Shown in pieces: positions 36,704 through 45,796 of a stretch of 50,007 nt of DNA. The DNA lies in assembly GCA_022616235.1 (NCBI GenBank), contig JAKEFC010000080.1, forward strand, positions 1-50,007, in the 5' to 3' direction. Source of the stretch: Planctomycetota bacterium. Lineage in GTDB: Bacteria > Planctomycetota > UBA8108 > UBA1146 > JAKEFC01. The position numbers and the translations under genes are program-made. Each line of letters begins with the position of its first letter. Positions within the stretch are counted from its first letter, which is position 1. Under the pieces are notes generated by a model that saw only the letters and a list, made by a program, of their open reading frames with translations, made no database searches and was not told the origin of the DNA.

Positions 36704-37329
36704 TCCGCCTTTCGTTCGATCCGGTAGTGCGGGTGGGCGGCCTCGAGCATCGTATGACCCGTGAGGCCGCACCAGGCCGGCAGGTCCGCCGGCGCGCCGG
36801 GGTCCCTGGCGGTCACCGCGAGGATGGCCCCCGGCGGCAACGCGCGCAGGCGTAGCCTCAACTCGAGGACCAGGTCCCCGCACGACATGTCTCCCGCGTC
36901 CCATGTCGCATCGGGTTCGCGGTCGAGCGCCGCTTTCGCTCCGCCTACTTTGCCGCGCGCCCCGCCGCCGCCGGCTCCCGCGCCGCTCGCGCGATACCAG
37001 TCGGCGAATGCGTCCTGCGGCAGGGCCGTAGCCGCGAGGCCGAGCGCGATATTTGCCCACTCCCACCCCGCGCGGAAGCAATCGATCCGTCTCGCGTAGT
37101 CGTGCACCTCCTCGAGCAGCTCGCGCCGATCGCGGCCGAGGAGCGCGGCGGCGCAGGGCAGGCAATACGGCGTGCTCTTGTAGCCGAGGAGCACGCTCGC
37201 CACGTAGTCATGGCCGCCGACGCGAGCGTGGCACCGCGCGCAAAGCACGCCGCCAAGGCGCGAAAGCTCCTCGAGCAGCGCCGCTTTGCGCGCGTTCTCT
37301 TCCCCAGGGGCAGGAGAGCCGCCGAACAT
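36700..37329 (-). CDS. Cys-rich (CxxC..CxxC) N-terminal domain fused to a TusA-like sulfurtransferase
   Basis: CARC..YCLPC..DCFRAGW, Gly/Ala linker, WDAGDMSCGDLVLELR..DPGAPADLPAWCGLTGH; AGAGAGG RBS. Confidence 0.8.
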   Translation of the reverse strand: MFGGSPAPGEENARKAALLEELSRLGGVLCARCHARVGGHDYVASVLLGYKSTPYCLPCAAALLGRDRRELLEEVHDYARRIDCFRAGWEWANIALGLAATALPQDAFADWYRASGAGAGGGGARGKVGGAKAALDREPDATWDAGDMSCGDLVLELRLRLRALPPGAILAVTARDPGAPADLPAWCGLTGHTMLEAAHPHYRIERKAE

Positions 37330-37344
37330 CGCCGCCTCTCTTCT

Positions 37345-38430
37345 CTACTTCTTCTCCTTGAAGGTCAGCTTGCGTGTGTATTCGCTCGACTCCTTGCCGT
37401 CGATCTCGACGTATGCTTTCGCCATCGCGTTCACCGGACCTCCGGTCTGCTTCGGCTCGAGGGTGAGGTCGCGGCCTTGCGACCAGGTGATGCGACGCTC
37501 CTCGAGATTGCCGAAGTAATAGTTCACCTTCGCCAGGTCCGTGCCGGAATATCCATCCGCAGTCGTCAATCCCACCTTGCCTTTGTTGCCGTCGGTGAGC
37601 TTGAAATCGCCGACGAAGATGTCCGCCACCGCGACGTCGAGCGGCACCCAACCGATGCCGGGCGCGAAGAACTCGAGCCAACAATGATAGCTCTGATCCT
37701 TGTCATGCCCATCCAGCTCCTTCTTCAGGAACGAGCCGTAGATGATGCGAGTCGGGATTCCCGCGGCACGGGAGAGCGACATGTAGAGCGAATGGAAATC
37801 GGTGCAGTTGCCGGTCTTCGACGAGAGACAATATTCGGTATTACCCGTCGGCGAAGCCTTCTTGTGGTCGGGGTCCTTGACCCAATAATCGATGTTCGCG
37901 AGGACCCAATCGTAGATCTTGCGCGACGCGGCGATCGGGTTCTTCTCGTCGCCGACGATCGTGCGCGACAGCTCCTTGATCTTGTCATCGATGACGACGT
38001 TCGCGTGCGGGCCCAAGTACTTCTGCTTGTCCGCGAGGTCCTGCGCGGAATAGGCGCGGGTCATCGCCGGATCGACCGCGACGCTCACCTCGCTCCGGGC
38101 GACGGTGAACGCGGTCGTCACCTTGAATTCCCCGGCCGCGGGCGAGGCAAGCTCGAAGTACAAATACTCGTTCCCATCCTGGTCCTTCGTATCGCGCCCG
38201 GCGACCGGAGCGTCGACCTTCCAATTCGTGACCCTCTGCGCCGGATCCGCTTGGGGCCGCGTAAACCAGATGCGGACCTGTTTGGCGCCGGCGGGCACTT
38301 TTACCGCCAGCTCGTGCTGCACGTCGAAGACCGCCTGCTTCGCCGCCGCCGCCGCCGCCGCCGCGTCGCCTTGGGCGGTGCAAAGGATGCCGGCGAAGAG
38401 CGTGCCGAGGATCCAATTCTGCGATCTCAT
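37345..38430 (-). CDS. Exported transglutaminase-like (Cys-His-Asp) domain protein
   Basis: Signal peptide; GNCTDFHSL..RAAGIPTR, YHCWLEFF..GWVPLD; GAGGGG RBS. Confidence 0.88.
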   Translation of the reverse strand: MRSQNWILGTLFAGILCTAQGDAAAAAAAAKQAVFDVQHELAVKVPAGAKQVRIWFTRPQADPAQRVTNWKVDAPVAGRDTKDQDGNEYLYFELASPAAGEFKVTTAFTVARSEVSVAVDPAMTRAYSAQDLADKQKYLGPHANVVIDDKIKELSRTIVGDEKNPIAASRKIYDWVLANIDYWVKDPDHKKASPTGNTEYCLSSKTGNCTDFHSLYMSLSRAAGIPTRIIYGSFLKKELDGHDKDQSYHCWLEFFAPGIGWVPLDVAVADIFVGDFKLTDGNKGKVGLTTADGYSGTDLAKVNYYFGNLEERRITWSQGRDLTLEPKQTGGPVNAMAKAYVEIDGKESSEYTRKLTFKEKK

Positions 38431-38498
38431 TGTCGTCCCTCTTTCCAAAGTGCCGGCGTGCCGCCAGCACCGTCTTTTTTTCTCGGAGTACCCGTGGC

Positions 38499-39809
38499 TT
38501 AGAAGTGGTAGGCGATCCAGAGCCGGTAGCGGTTGTCCCGCCCTTCCGCGATGCCGCGGAAGTCCGTCTCCCAATGCATGTATTCGAATCCGACTTCCAC
38601 CGGCTTCCAGGAGATGATCTTGCCGCCTGCGTAGCCGATCTCGTTGCGCGTGCGGCCGGCCGCGGCGCCGCCGTTCGTGACGTCGGTGCGGTTCGGCTCA
38701 TCCGCCGAGTAGCCGACGAACAGCTCCAGCGCCTGCGACGGCCTGCCGCCGAATTCGATCCAGTATCCCTGCGAATGCACTTCCTCGCCGGCGACGACGC
38801 CCTGGCCAATGCCTCCGCGCAGGTCGTCGAGATTCGAGCCCTTCCAGATCTCGCCGCGGACGTAGGCCGTATCGCCGACGTACACGTTCGCGTCGAGTCC
38901 CCACAGGATCACGTTGAAGTCGTCATCGCCCGCGACTGGCACATCCGTTTCCTCCCACCCGCGCGCCCCCCAAATTCCGATCGACAAGGGGCCCTTGGCC
39001 TTGCCCTCCGGCGCCGTGGCGACTGGCGACGGCACCTCGAAGCCGAGGCGCGCCTGCAATTGCGGGAGACCGGCATCCTCGCCGTCGAGGATCGTGTCGC
39101 CGTTCGCGTCCGAGTTGTCGATCGCGCTCTGCAACGCGAGCGCGCCCTGCACGAGGAATTTCGCCTCGCCATGTTTGTGCTCGTACGTAAGACGCGCCTG
39201 CGGGCGGCGGTCGCCGGTATTGCCGGCGTTCCAATTCAACATGTCGGGATTGGCCGACGGCCAGAGCGGCGACACGAGGTCGATCGTCTGACCGCCGAGG
39301 AAGGTGACGTTTCCCTTCTTGAGCGTGAGATACGCGTGGCGCATGCGGAAGGAGTTCCGCGAATTCGAACCCGCGCCGTAGAAGTCCACTTCGATCTTGC
39401 CGTCTACGTCGAACGATTCGAGCGTGGGACCGTTGAAGTCGAAGCCGATGCGAGTGAGGCGCGTGTAGAGCGAGAAGTAGTCGTCGTTCTTGTGCGCGCC
39501 CGTATTGACGTCCTCGGACGCGATGAAGATCGGAATCTGGGATGTGTTCGGCTCCGAGTCGTCGTATACGGCGTCGATGCGTGCGAATCCGTAGAGCTTG
39601 AAATAGGACCCGAGCTTGGTGAGGAACTCGGAAGTCTTCTGCGCTCTCTCGAGCACTTCGACTCTTTTCGCGAGGTCGGTCGGATCGCCGGTCGCCGCCG
39701 GCTGCTGTTGCGCGAACGAATCCGCGCGCGCCTGCGCTGCGACGGCGAGAGGCAGGACGACCGCGGCGAACCAGAGCAGCGCGCGGACAGGAGACTGTGC
39801 GCAATTCAT
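38499..39809 (-). CDS. Outer-membrane porin, DcaP-like
   Basis: Signal peptide, short coiled coil, FKLYGFARID, TRIGF, GKIEVDF, RMRHAY, RRPQARL, C-terminal YHF beta-barrel signature. Confidence 0.82.
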   Translation of the reverse strand: MNCAQSPVRALLWFAAVVLPLAVAAQARADSFAQQQPAATGDPTDLAKRVEVLERAQKTSEFLTKLGSYFKLYGFARIDAVYDDSEPNTSQIPIFIASEDVNTGAHKNDDYFSLYTRLTRIGFDFNGPTLESFDVDGKIEVDFYGAGSNSRNSFRMRHAYLTLKKGNVTFLGGQTIDLVSPLWPSANPDMLNWNAGNTGDRRPQARLTYEHKHGEAKFLVQGALALQSAIDNSDANGDTILDGEDAGLPQLQARLGFEVPSPVATAPEGKAKGPLSIGIWGARGWEETDVPVAGDDDFNVILWGLDANVYVGDTAYVRGEIWKGSNLDDLRGGIGQGVVAGEEVHSQGYWIEFGGRPSQALELFVGYSADEPNRTDVTNGGAAAGRTRNEIGYAGGKIISWKPVEVGFEYMHWETDFRGIAEGRDNRYRLWIAYHF

Positions 39810-39812
39810 TGG

Positions 39813-39905
39813 TTACCCCCTATGCCCTTCCTTCTGATTGCGATTCCGATGATGATTCCGGGAGCCGTGCGCGGAGTGACCCCATGCCACGCCGTGCAGG
39901 TGCAT
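39813..39905 (-). other. Candidate His-rich leader ORF (30 aa) upstream of the porin operon
   Basis: MHLHGVAWGHSAHGSRNHHRNRNQKEGHRG*, stop 3 nt before the porin ATG; no clear SD of its own. Confidence 0.3.
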
Positions 39906-40092
39906 GGGAAGCGGAAGGACCGAGGGGAGCTGCCCGGTTAGGTCGCGGGCGATGCGGTGCGCGGAGGATTGCGAACGGGAGAGTGCGTGCCGCTAGGTCC
40001 CAATACCAGAAATGGTCCCGCCACTTCGCAGGACGGGGCGTCAGCCAAACGGCAACGAGATCAGACTAGAAACGGCGCGGCGTGAAGCGAAC

Positions 40093-41004
40093 ATGATCCC
40101 GGACGCTACTGGAAGAAAAGGGCGCGGTCAAGGCGAAGAAGAGATCTCTCGGCGCAGCAAGATCGCCTCGCGCGAGTTGGGTGCGGGCATCGAAAGAGAG
40201 AGTACCCTGCGCGAGGAAGGCGCTTCCCCGCTGTCCCCGCATGTAACTGCCTTGGAGGCACCGGCGCCCTTCTTGCGCGCCGTAGAGGAACTGGGGATCG
40301 AATTCGAAGGCGCGGAGCTTTCGCGGCTCGGCCTCTATCTCGCGCACCTTCTCGACACGACTAGGCGATTCAATCTGACGGCCATCCGCGACCCCGAACA
40401 GGCCTGGACCCGACACATCCTGGACAGCCTCTCTCTGTTCCCGCTGCTCGTCACGCAGAATGCGAAGCGCGTGGCCGACGTCGGCTCGGGAGGAGGCCTG
40501 CCGGGATTGCCGCTCGCCATTCTATTGCCGCGCACGCGCTTCTCGTTGATCGAGGCAACCGGCAAGAAGGCGCGCTTTCTCGCCGCCGTTGCCGAGCGTC
40601 TCGCGCTCGCGAACGTTGCCGTGTGCGAAGGGCGCGCGGAGATGCTCGCTCACGATCGCGCGGTCCATCGCGAGAGCTACGACGCCGTCCTCGCGCGCGC
40701 GGTCGGACCGCTTGCCACGCTCATCGAGTTGACTGCGCCATTCGCCAAGGTCGGCGGGCTCATCGTGGCGATCAAGGGTGAGCGCGCGGCTGCGGAAGTC
40801 GCCGCCGCCAAGCGCGCGCTCGAGGCGCTTCGACTCGCCGTCGAGAAGACGCGGCGCACGGCGACGGGGACACTGGTAATCCTGCGAAAGAATCAGTCGA
40901 CGCCGCGCGGCTTTCCGCGCCGCCCCGGCGAACCCGCCCACAATCCGCTCGGGGTATCGCGCGGGCCGCGCGTGCCCAAGCGGAAGGACCGGCGCGGCGT
41001 GTGA
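40093..41004 (+). CDS. rsmG: 16S rRNA m7G527 methyltransferase
   Basis: FNLTAIRD, HILDSL, DVGSGGGLPG, IEATGKK, RAVG, FPRRPG; start uncertain (possibly TTG near 40252). Confidence 0.92.
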   Translation: MIPDATGRKGRGQGEEEISRRSKIASRELGAGIERESTLREEGASPLSPHVTALEAPAPFLRAVEELGIEFEGAELSRLGLYLAHLLDTTRRFNLTAIRDPEQAWTRHILDSLSLFPLLVTQNAKRVADVGSGGGLPGLPLAILLPRTRFSLIEATGKKARFLAAVAERLALANVAVCEGRAEMLAHDRAVHRESYDAVLARAVGPLATLIELTAPFAKVGGLIVAIKGERAAAEVAAAKRALEALRLAVEKTRRTATGTLVILRKNQSTPRGFPRRPGEPAHNPLGVSRGPRVPKRKDRRGV

Positions 41005-41017
41005 TTCGAGCTGTTCC

Positions 41018-41314
41018 CTATTCTTTCTTCGCGCGCGCGACGGCTTCTTCCAACTCCGCCAACTGCTTGCGCAGATCGCGTATTCGCGCCAGTTGATCCG
41101 CGATCCCCCGCTCCGCGCGGTCGAGCGACGATTCGTCGCGGTCGACGAGACGCTCGGCGGCGGCGCGCCCGAGGTCTCGATACGCGCCATTCAGCGCGCT
41201 CTTCGTGTCCATGCGGTCGAGCTGCAAGCGCCCGACCCGCGACCAGCGCAGGATGAAGCGCTTGATCCGCTCCCAGATCCCGCGCGCTTGCTCGCCGACC
41301 TTCGCCACTTCCAT
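41018..41314 (-). CDS. Hypothetical small helical/coiled-coil protein
   Basis: AAGGGGA RBS; directly downstream of the phosphodiesterase gene; helical pattern AYRDLGR..IRDLRKQLAELEE. Confidence 0.7.
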   Translation of the reverse strand: MEVAKVGEQARGIWERIKRFILRWSRVGRLQLDRMDTKSALNGAYRDLGRAAAERLVDRDESSLDRAERGIADQLARIRDLRKQLAELEEAVARAKKE

Positions 41315-41327
41315 AGTCCCCCTTCAC

Positions 41328-42698
41328 TCAGGAGCGCGCCGCGAGCCGCGCGAGGATGAACTCGGCGATGGCTGTCGCGGGCATCGTTTTCCCGGGCGGC
41401 GCACCCCAGGACGCGAGCACGATGGGGCCGCGCTCGGGATCCTCGAAGAAGCGGCCGTGGCTTCCGCCGACCACGGACGGATCCGTGCCGATGACATCCA
41501 TCAGATAGCGGAATCCGAGCGCCTTCTTGAAGATGATCCAGGCGGCGCGCAGCTTCGGTAGGGACAACCGCGGATCGAAGAAAAGCTCGGCCGGGTCGTA
41601 TCCCGGCTTCCGGTGGATGTCCACGGTCGGCGCGAAATCGGGGCGCCGCGCTTCGTCCAGCCAATAGTGGTAGGCGAACCACGCGCCAGGTACGCTCTCG
41701 CAAACCAGCTCTCCCGAGCGCGCGTGATCGATTCCCCGCCGCGCCTGTGCCTCGCGGTCCAACACGCGCGCGACGCCGTCGGTCTTCGCCAGCAGCGCCT
41801 GGACGGCGCGCAAGTCCTCGCCGGCGCGAACGTAGACGTGCGCCGCCTGATGGTCGCAGACGGCAAAGGCGCGGCTCGCTCCCGCATCGAGGAGCTGGCC
41901 GTGGCTCGTCTCTTGGACGCGCAGGAATCCCTGCTCGTGAAGGACGCGGTTCAAGAACACCGGGCGCGGCGCGCGTTCGATGCCGTATTCGGAGAACACG
42001 AACACATCCGCGCCGCGCGCGCGCGCGGCATCGATCAACACACCCGCTTCCCGGTCGAGGTCGCGGACCGCGGCGCGCGACCGCGCGTGATCGGGGCCGA
42101 AGCGCTGGTGGTCGTAATCGAGGTGCGGGAGGTAGGCGAGCAACAGGTCGGGGTCATGCGCGGTCATGACATGCAGTGCCGCGTCGCGAATCCACTGCGT
42201 CGACCGCAAGTCGGCACTCGGACCCCAGAAGCGATAGAGCGGGAATTCCCCGAGACTGCGCTCGAGATCGATCGCGAGCGATGGCGGCTCCGAGTAGAGC
42301 CCGGGCTTCTTGAGTCCGTCGGCATGGTATTCCGGCCGCGGCGTCACGCTGTAGGCGACGGCGGCGTACATGTTGAACCACCAGAACAGCTTCGCGCAGC
42401 GAAACGCCGGATCGCGAGCCGCGGCGGTCTCGTAGAACTTGCTGCCTTCGATCAGGCGGTTGCTCTGGCGCCAGAAGAAGACCTGCGCGAGGTCGCGGAA
42501 GTACCAGCCGTTGGCGACGACCCCGTGCTCTCGCGGCAGGCGTCCCGTGAGCACGGTCGCCTGCACCGTGGATGTCACCGCGGGAAACACCGTCTCGAGC
42601 GGCACGGCGAAACCGCCGCGCGCGACACCGGCGATGCGCGGCGCCAACTCGAGGTCCCGCGGGCGCAGCCCGACCGCGTCGATGACCAAGAGCTTCAT
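41328..42698 (-). CDS. Alkaline phosphatase/nucleotide pyrophosphatase family protein, EboF-like
   Basis: VIDAVGL, PAVTSTVQ (Thr nucleophile), HGVVANGWY, LFWWFNMY, YLPHLDYDHQRFGP, HRKPGYDP, GSHG; ATGA overlap with dus. Confidence 0.88.
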   Translation of the reverse strand: MKLLVIDAVGLRPRDLELAPRIAGVARGGFAVPLETVFPAVTSTVQATVLTGRLPREHGVVANGWYFRDLAQVFFWRQSNRLIEGSKFYETAAARDPAFRCAKLFWWFNMYAAVAYSVTPRPEYHADGLKKPGLYSEPPSLAIDLERSLGEFPLYRFWGPSADLRSTQWIRDAALHVMTAHDPDLLLAYLPHLDYDHQRFGPDHARSRAAVRDLDREAGVLIDAARARGADVFVFSEYGIERAPRPVFLNRVLHEQGFLRVQETSHGQLLDAGASRAFAVCDHQAAHVYVRAGEDLRAVQALLAKTDGVARVLDREAQARRGIDHARSGELVCESVPGAWFAYHYWLDEARRPDFAPTVDIHRKPGYDPAELFFDPRLSLPKLRAAWIIFKKALGFRYLMDVIGTDPSVVGGSHGRFFEDPERGPIVLASWGAPPGKTMPATAIAEFILARLAARS

Positions 42699-43810
42699 GA
42701 AGCCCGATCCGCAGCGCGCGCGCTCACCGCCGCGGGCGTTGCCGAGCACTCCTCATCGGCGAAGCCGCCGTCTCCGGCGACGCCGGCGGTTGCCGCACAA
42801 GCGTCCGCGGCGACGCCGGCAGCGAAGCCCTCGACGATCCTGCGGAAATCGTCCGCGTCCTTCGCGCGGGAGATGGCGCTTCGAAACTCCGCCGACCCCG
42901 GTACGCCGGTCATGTAGCGGCACGCGAATTTTCGCATCTGCACCGTGCCCCACGGATCGCCGTGGCGGTCGACGAGCGCTGCGTGGTGGCGGAGGAGCTG
43001 CGCGGTTTGCTCGCGCACGGTCGGAGGCGGCAGAGGCGCTTCGCCGCAGAGCGCCGCTGCGATCTCGCGGAAGATCCACGGCCGTACGAGCGCGGCGCGC
43101 GCGACCATGATCCCCGCGGCGCCCGTCGCGGCGAGAGTCCTCACCGCGGAACTTGCATCATCCACGTCGCCGTTCGCGATCACGGGAATCGACACCGCGG
43201 CCGCGACGCGCGCGATCATCGCGAGGTCGACGGGCTCGCCGTACGCCTGCTCCGCAGTGCGGCCGTGCACGGTGACGGCGGCGGCGCCGTTCGCCTCCGC
43301 GCTCCGCGCCACCTCGACCGCGGTCGTTTCTTCGAGAGATGGCCCGAGTCGGATCTTCGCGGTGACCGGGATCGGCCCCGCCCCCGCGACCGCCGCGCTC
43401 ACGATCCTGCCCACCGCCCAGGGATCGCGAAGGAGCGTCGCGCCGGCTCCCTGCTTCCCCATGATGCGGCGTTTGGGACAACCGAAATTCAGATCGATCA
43501 CGGAAATCTGGTAGTCGCGAAGTCGCGCCGCGGCCTCGCGAACGTAGTCGGGCTCGCGGTCCCAGAGCTGCACGCCGAGGGGGCGCGGCTCCTCCCGCAC
43601 TCCCGCGAGGCGATCCGGCGCGAACTTGCCGAGGATCCATCCGCCAGCGGACACCATCTCCGTGAAGATGAGCCCGCAGCCGCCGAATTCGCGGAGGATC
43701 CCGCGGTAGACGAGATCGGTGAATCCGGCGACCGGCGCCGAGAGCACGGGCGTCGCCAGCTCGAGAGTGCCCAGAACGAGCGGCGGCATCCTCTTCGCAC
43801 TCGCATTCAT
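42695..43810 (-). CDS. dusB: tRNA-dihydrouridine synthase (DusB-like)
   Basis: APVAGFTD, TEMVS, DLNFGCP, VTAKIRLG, VHGRT, IANGD. Confidence 0.9.
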   Translation of the reverse strand: MNASAKRMPPLVLGTLELATPVLSAPVAGFTDLVYRGILREFGGCGLIFTEMVSAGGWILGKFAPDRLAGVREEPRPLGVQLWDREPDYVREAAARLRDYQISVIDLNFGCPKRRIMGKQGAGATLLRDPWAVGRIVSAAVAGAGPIPVTAKIRLGPSLEETTAVEVARSAEANGAAAVTVHGRTAEQAYGEPVDLAMIARVAAAVSIPVIANGDVDDASSAVRTLAATGAAGIMVARAALVRPWIFREIAAALCGEAPLPPPTVREQTAQLLRHHAALVDRHGDPWGTVQMRKFACRYMTGVPGSAEFRSAISRAKDADDFRRIVEGFAAGVAADACAATAGVAGDGGFADEECSATPAAVSARAADRAS

Positions 43811-43939
43811 GCCGCCAAGATAACGAAGTAAGAACGCACCGGAAAGGCGCTCGCGCGCCGGCAGACGGCCACGCGCCGGCGTATTCCGGCGCCGACGGCG
43901 GCGCAGGCGTGCCGCGCGCTCCGCACCGAGGCCTCCCGA

Positions 43940-45535
43940 TCACAGCGAGCCGAGCAGCGCCAAGCTGCCCGCGCCGCCGCGCGGTGAGTGATACTCGATC
44001 GCCTCCAACAAATGCTCTTCCTCGATGATCGCTGCCTCCGCCGCGTCGGCGATGGTGCGTGCAAGGCGCAGGATGCGCGTCAGCGCGCGCGTAGAGATGT
44101 CGAATTCCTCCGTGCTCCGCAGGAACAACCGCCGCGCGCCGTCCGAGAGCGGCGCCCAGCGCTCCCGGTCCCTCCATCCCAACGTGCGGTTCGGCTCCGG
44201 CCGCCCCTCCGCTTCGCGGAAGCGCTGCGCGCGGAGCACAAGCTCCCGCAGCTCGCCGCTGGAACCGGAGCGCGGGCCGCGCGAGTCGAGGAGCAGCCGG
44301 CCCGGCTGCGACAAGATCTCGATCCGCATGTCGATGCGGTCGATGAGCGGGCCGGAGATCTTCTCGAGGTACTTGCGCACGCGCTCCGGCGGGCAGTGGC
44401 AAACCCTGCGCGGATGCCGGTAATTACCGCAGGGACAGGGATTCATCGCGGCGACGAGAAGGAATGCAGCGGGAAAGGTGAGCGTTGCGCGCGCGCGCGC
44501 GATCGTGATGCGTCCATCTTCGAGCGGCTCTCGCAACGCTTCGAGGGAGCGCCGGGGAAACTCCGGCAGCTCGTCGAGAAAGAGCACGCCGCGGTGCGCG
44601 AGAGTGATCTCGCCGGGACGCGGGATGGCGCCGCCTCCGACGAGCCCCGCCCAGGAGACGGTGTGATGGGGCGCGCGGAACGGGCGCTGGGAGATCAGCC
44701 CGTTCACATCGATCCCGGCCGCCGAATGGATGCTCGTGACTTCGAGGACTTCGTCGCGGGAGAGCGGCGGCAGGAGCCCCGGCATGCGCCGCGCGAGAAA
44801 ACTCTTGCCCGCGCCGGGCGCTCCGGCGAGGAGGACGTTGTGGCCGCCGGCGACCGCAATCGCGAGCGCGCGCTTCACCGGGCCATGGCCCACGACCTCG
44901 CCGAGATCCGGATGCGGCGCGGCCTTGCCCCGCGGTGGAGCGGCAACTTCGCTCGAGACGCCGGCGCCGGCGCGGGAAGAGTCGGCGAGCGCAGCCTCCG
45001 CCGGTAGCGAGACTCCAGGACTGTCGCCGCTGAGCACCGCTACCGCTTCCCGCAGATTGCGTGCGCCGATCGACTCGATCCCATCGACCGCGCTCCCCTC
45101 GACGAGGTTGTCGCATGGGATCACCGCGCTACGAATCCCGATGCCGCGGAGCGCCGCGAGCAACGCCAAGACCCCGGAGATCGGACGGATCGATCCGTTC
45201 AGGGAAAGCTCGCCGAGCACTCCCCAACCTCGGCGCGCCGCGCCCGGGACTTGGTCGCTGTCGATGAGAATGCCGAGCGCGATCGCGAGATCGAACGCGG
45301 AGCCATCCTTCTCCCAAGTCGCCGGAGCGAGGTTCACGACGACGCGCCGATCGAACGGATAATAGAAACCGCAGTTCACGATGGCGGAGCGCACGCGATC
45401 GCGGCTCTCGCGGATCCCTTTGCCCGCGTGACCGCTCACGACGAAGGCCGCCGCGCCGCTCAATAAGTCGACTTCGATCTGTACGACGCGCCCTTCGATG
45501 CCGAACACATCACAGGATGCGAGTTGAACGACCAA
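43940..45535 (-). CDS. comM: YifB/ComM Mg-chelatase-like AAA+ ATPase
   Basis: ESRDRVRSA, VNLAPA, GELSLNG, GAPGAGKS, FRAPHH, LFLDELPEF, AAMNPCPCG, ARTIAD. Confidence 0.93.
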   Translation of the reverse strand: MVVQLASCDVFGIEGRVVQIEVDLLSGAAAFVVSGHAGKGIRESRDRVRSAIVNCGFYYPFDRRVVVNLAPATWEKDGSAFDLAIALGILIDSDQVPGAARRGWGVLGELSLNGSIRPISGVLALLAALRGIGIRSAVIPCDNLVEGSAVDGIESIGARNLREAVAVLSGDSPGVSLPAEAALADSSRAGAGVSSEVAAPPRGKAAPHPDLGEVVGHGPVKRALAIAVAGGHNVLLAGAPGAGKSFLARRMPGLLPPLSRDEVLEVTSIHSAAGIDVNGLISQRPFRAPHHTVSWAGLVGGGAIPRPGEITLAHRGVLFLDELPEFPRRSLEALREPLEDGRITIARARATLTFPAAFLLVAAMNPCPCGNYRHPRRVCHCPPERVRKYLEKISGPLIDRIDMRIEILSQPGRLLLDSRGPRSGSSGELRELVLRAQRFREAEGRPEPNRTLGWRDRERWAPLSDGARRLFLRSTEEFDISTRALTRILRLARTIADAAEAAIIEEEHLLEAIEYHSPRGGAGSLALLGSL

Positions 45536-45796
45536 GGGAGGCCTCCCGAAGGGGAGGGCTTCGCGGCAGGGACGCTGAGGATAGCAGCCGCGTGCCGCGG
45601 CCGCGAGTGGAGGCCGGAGCCGCGGCGCGCGCCTTGGAGGCGTCCGATGCGGGTGCTATTATCGGCTCGTCGCGTGCGCGCTACCGCGCGCCGCGCCGGC
45701 ACGCGCCCGCCATGCCCGAGACCAGTCCGCCCGCGGACGTTTCGCGCTCGCTGCGCCGTACGCCCCCTGAGACCTGACTCGCTACGAAGGAAGAGC

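Noticed and set aside
38341-38364. (GCC)n run in the transglutaminase-like gene
   Set aside because: An in-frame poly-Ala linker after the signal peptide; a trinucleotide repeat cannot phase-shift the frame.
39810-40010. Known SAM or cobalamin riboswitch upstream of the MetE-like operon
   Set aside because: Conserved cores (SAM-I AUC..GAGGGA..GCAACC, B12 box) are not recognisable on the coding strand; kept only as an unknown-leader hypothesis.
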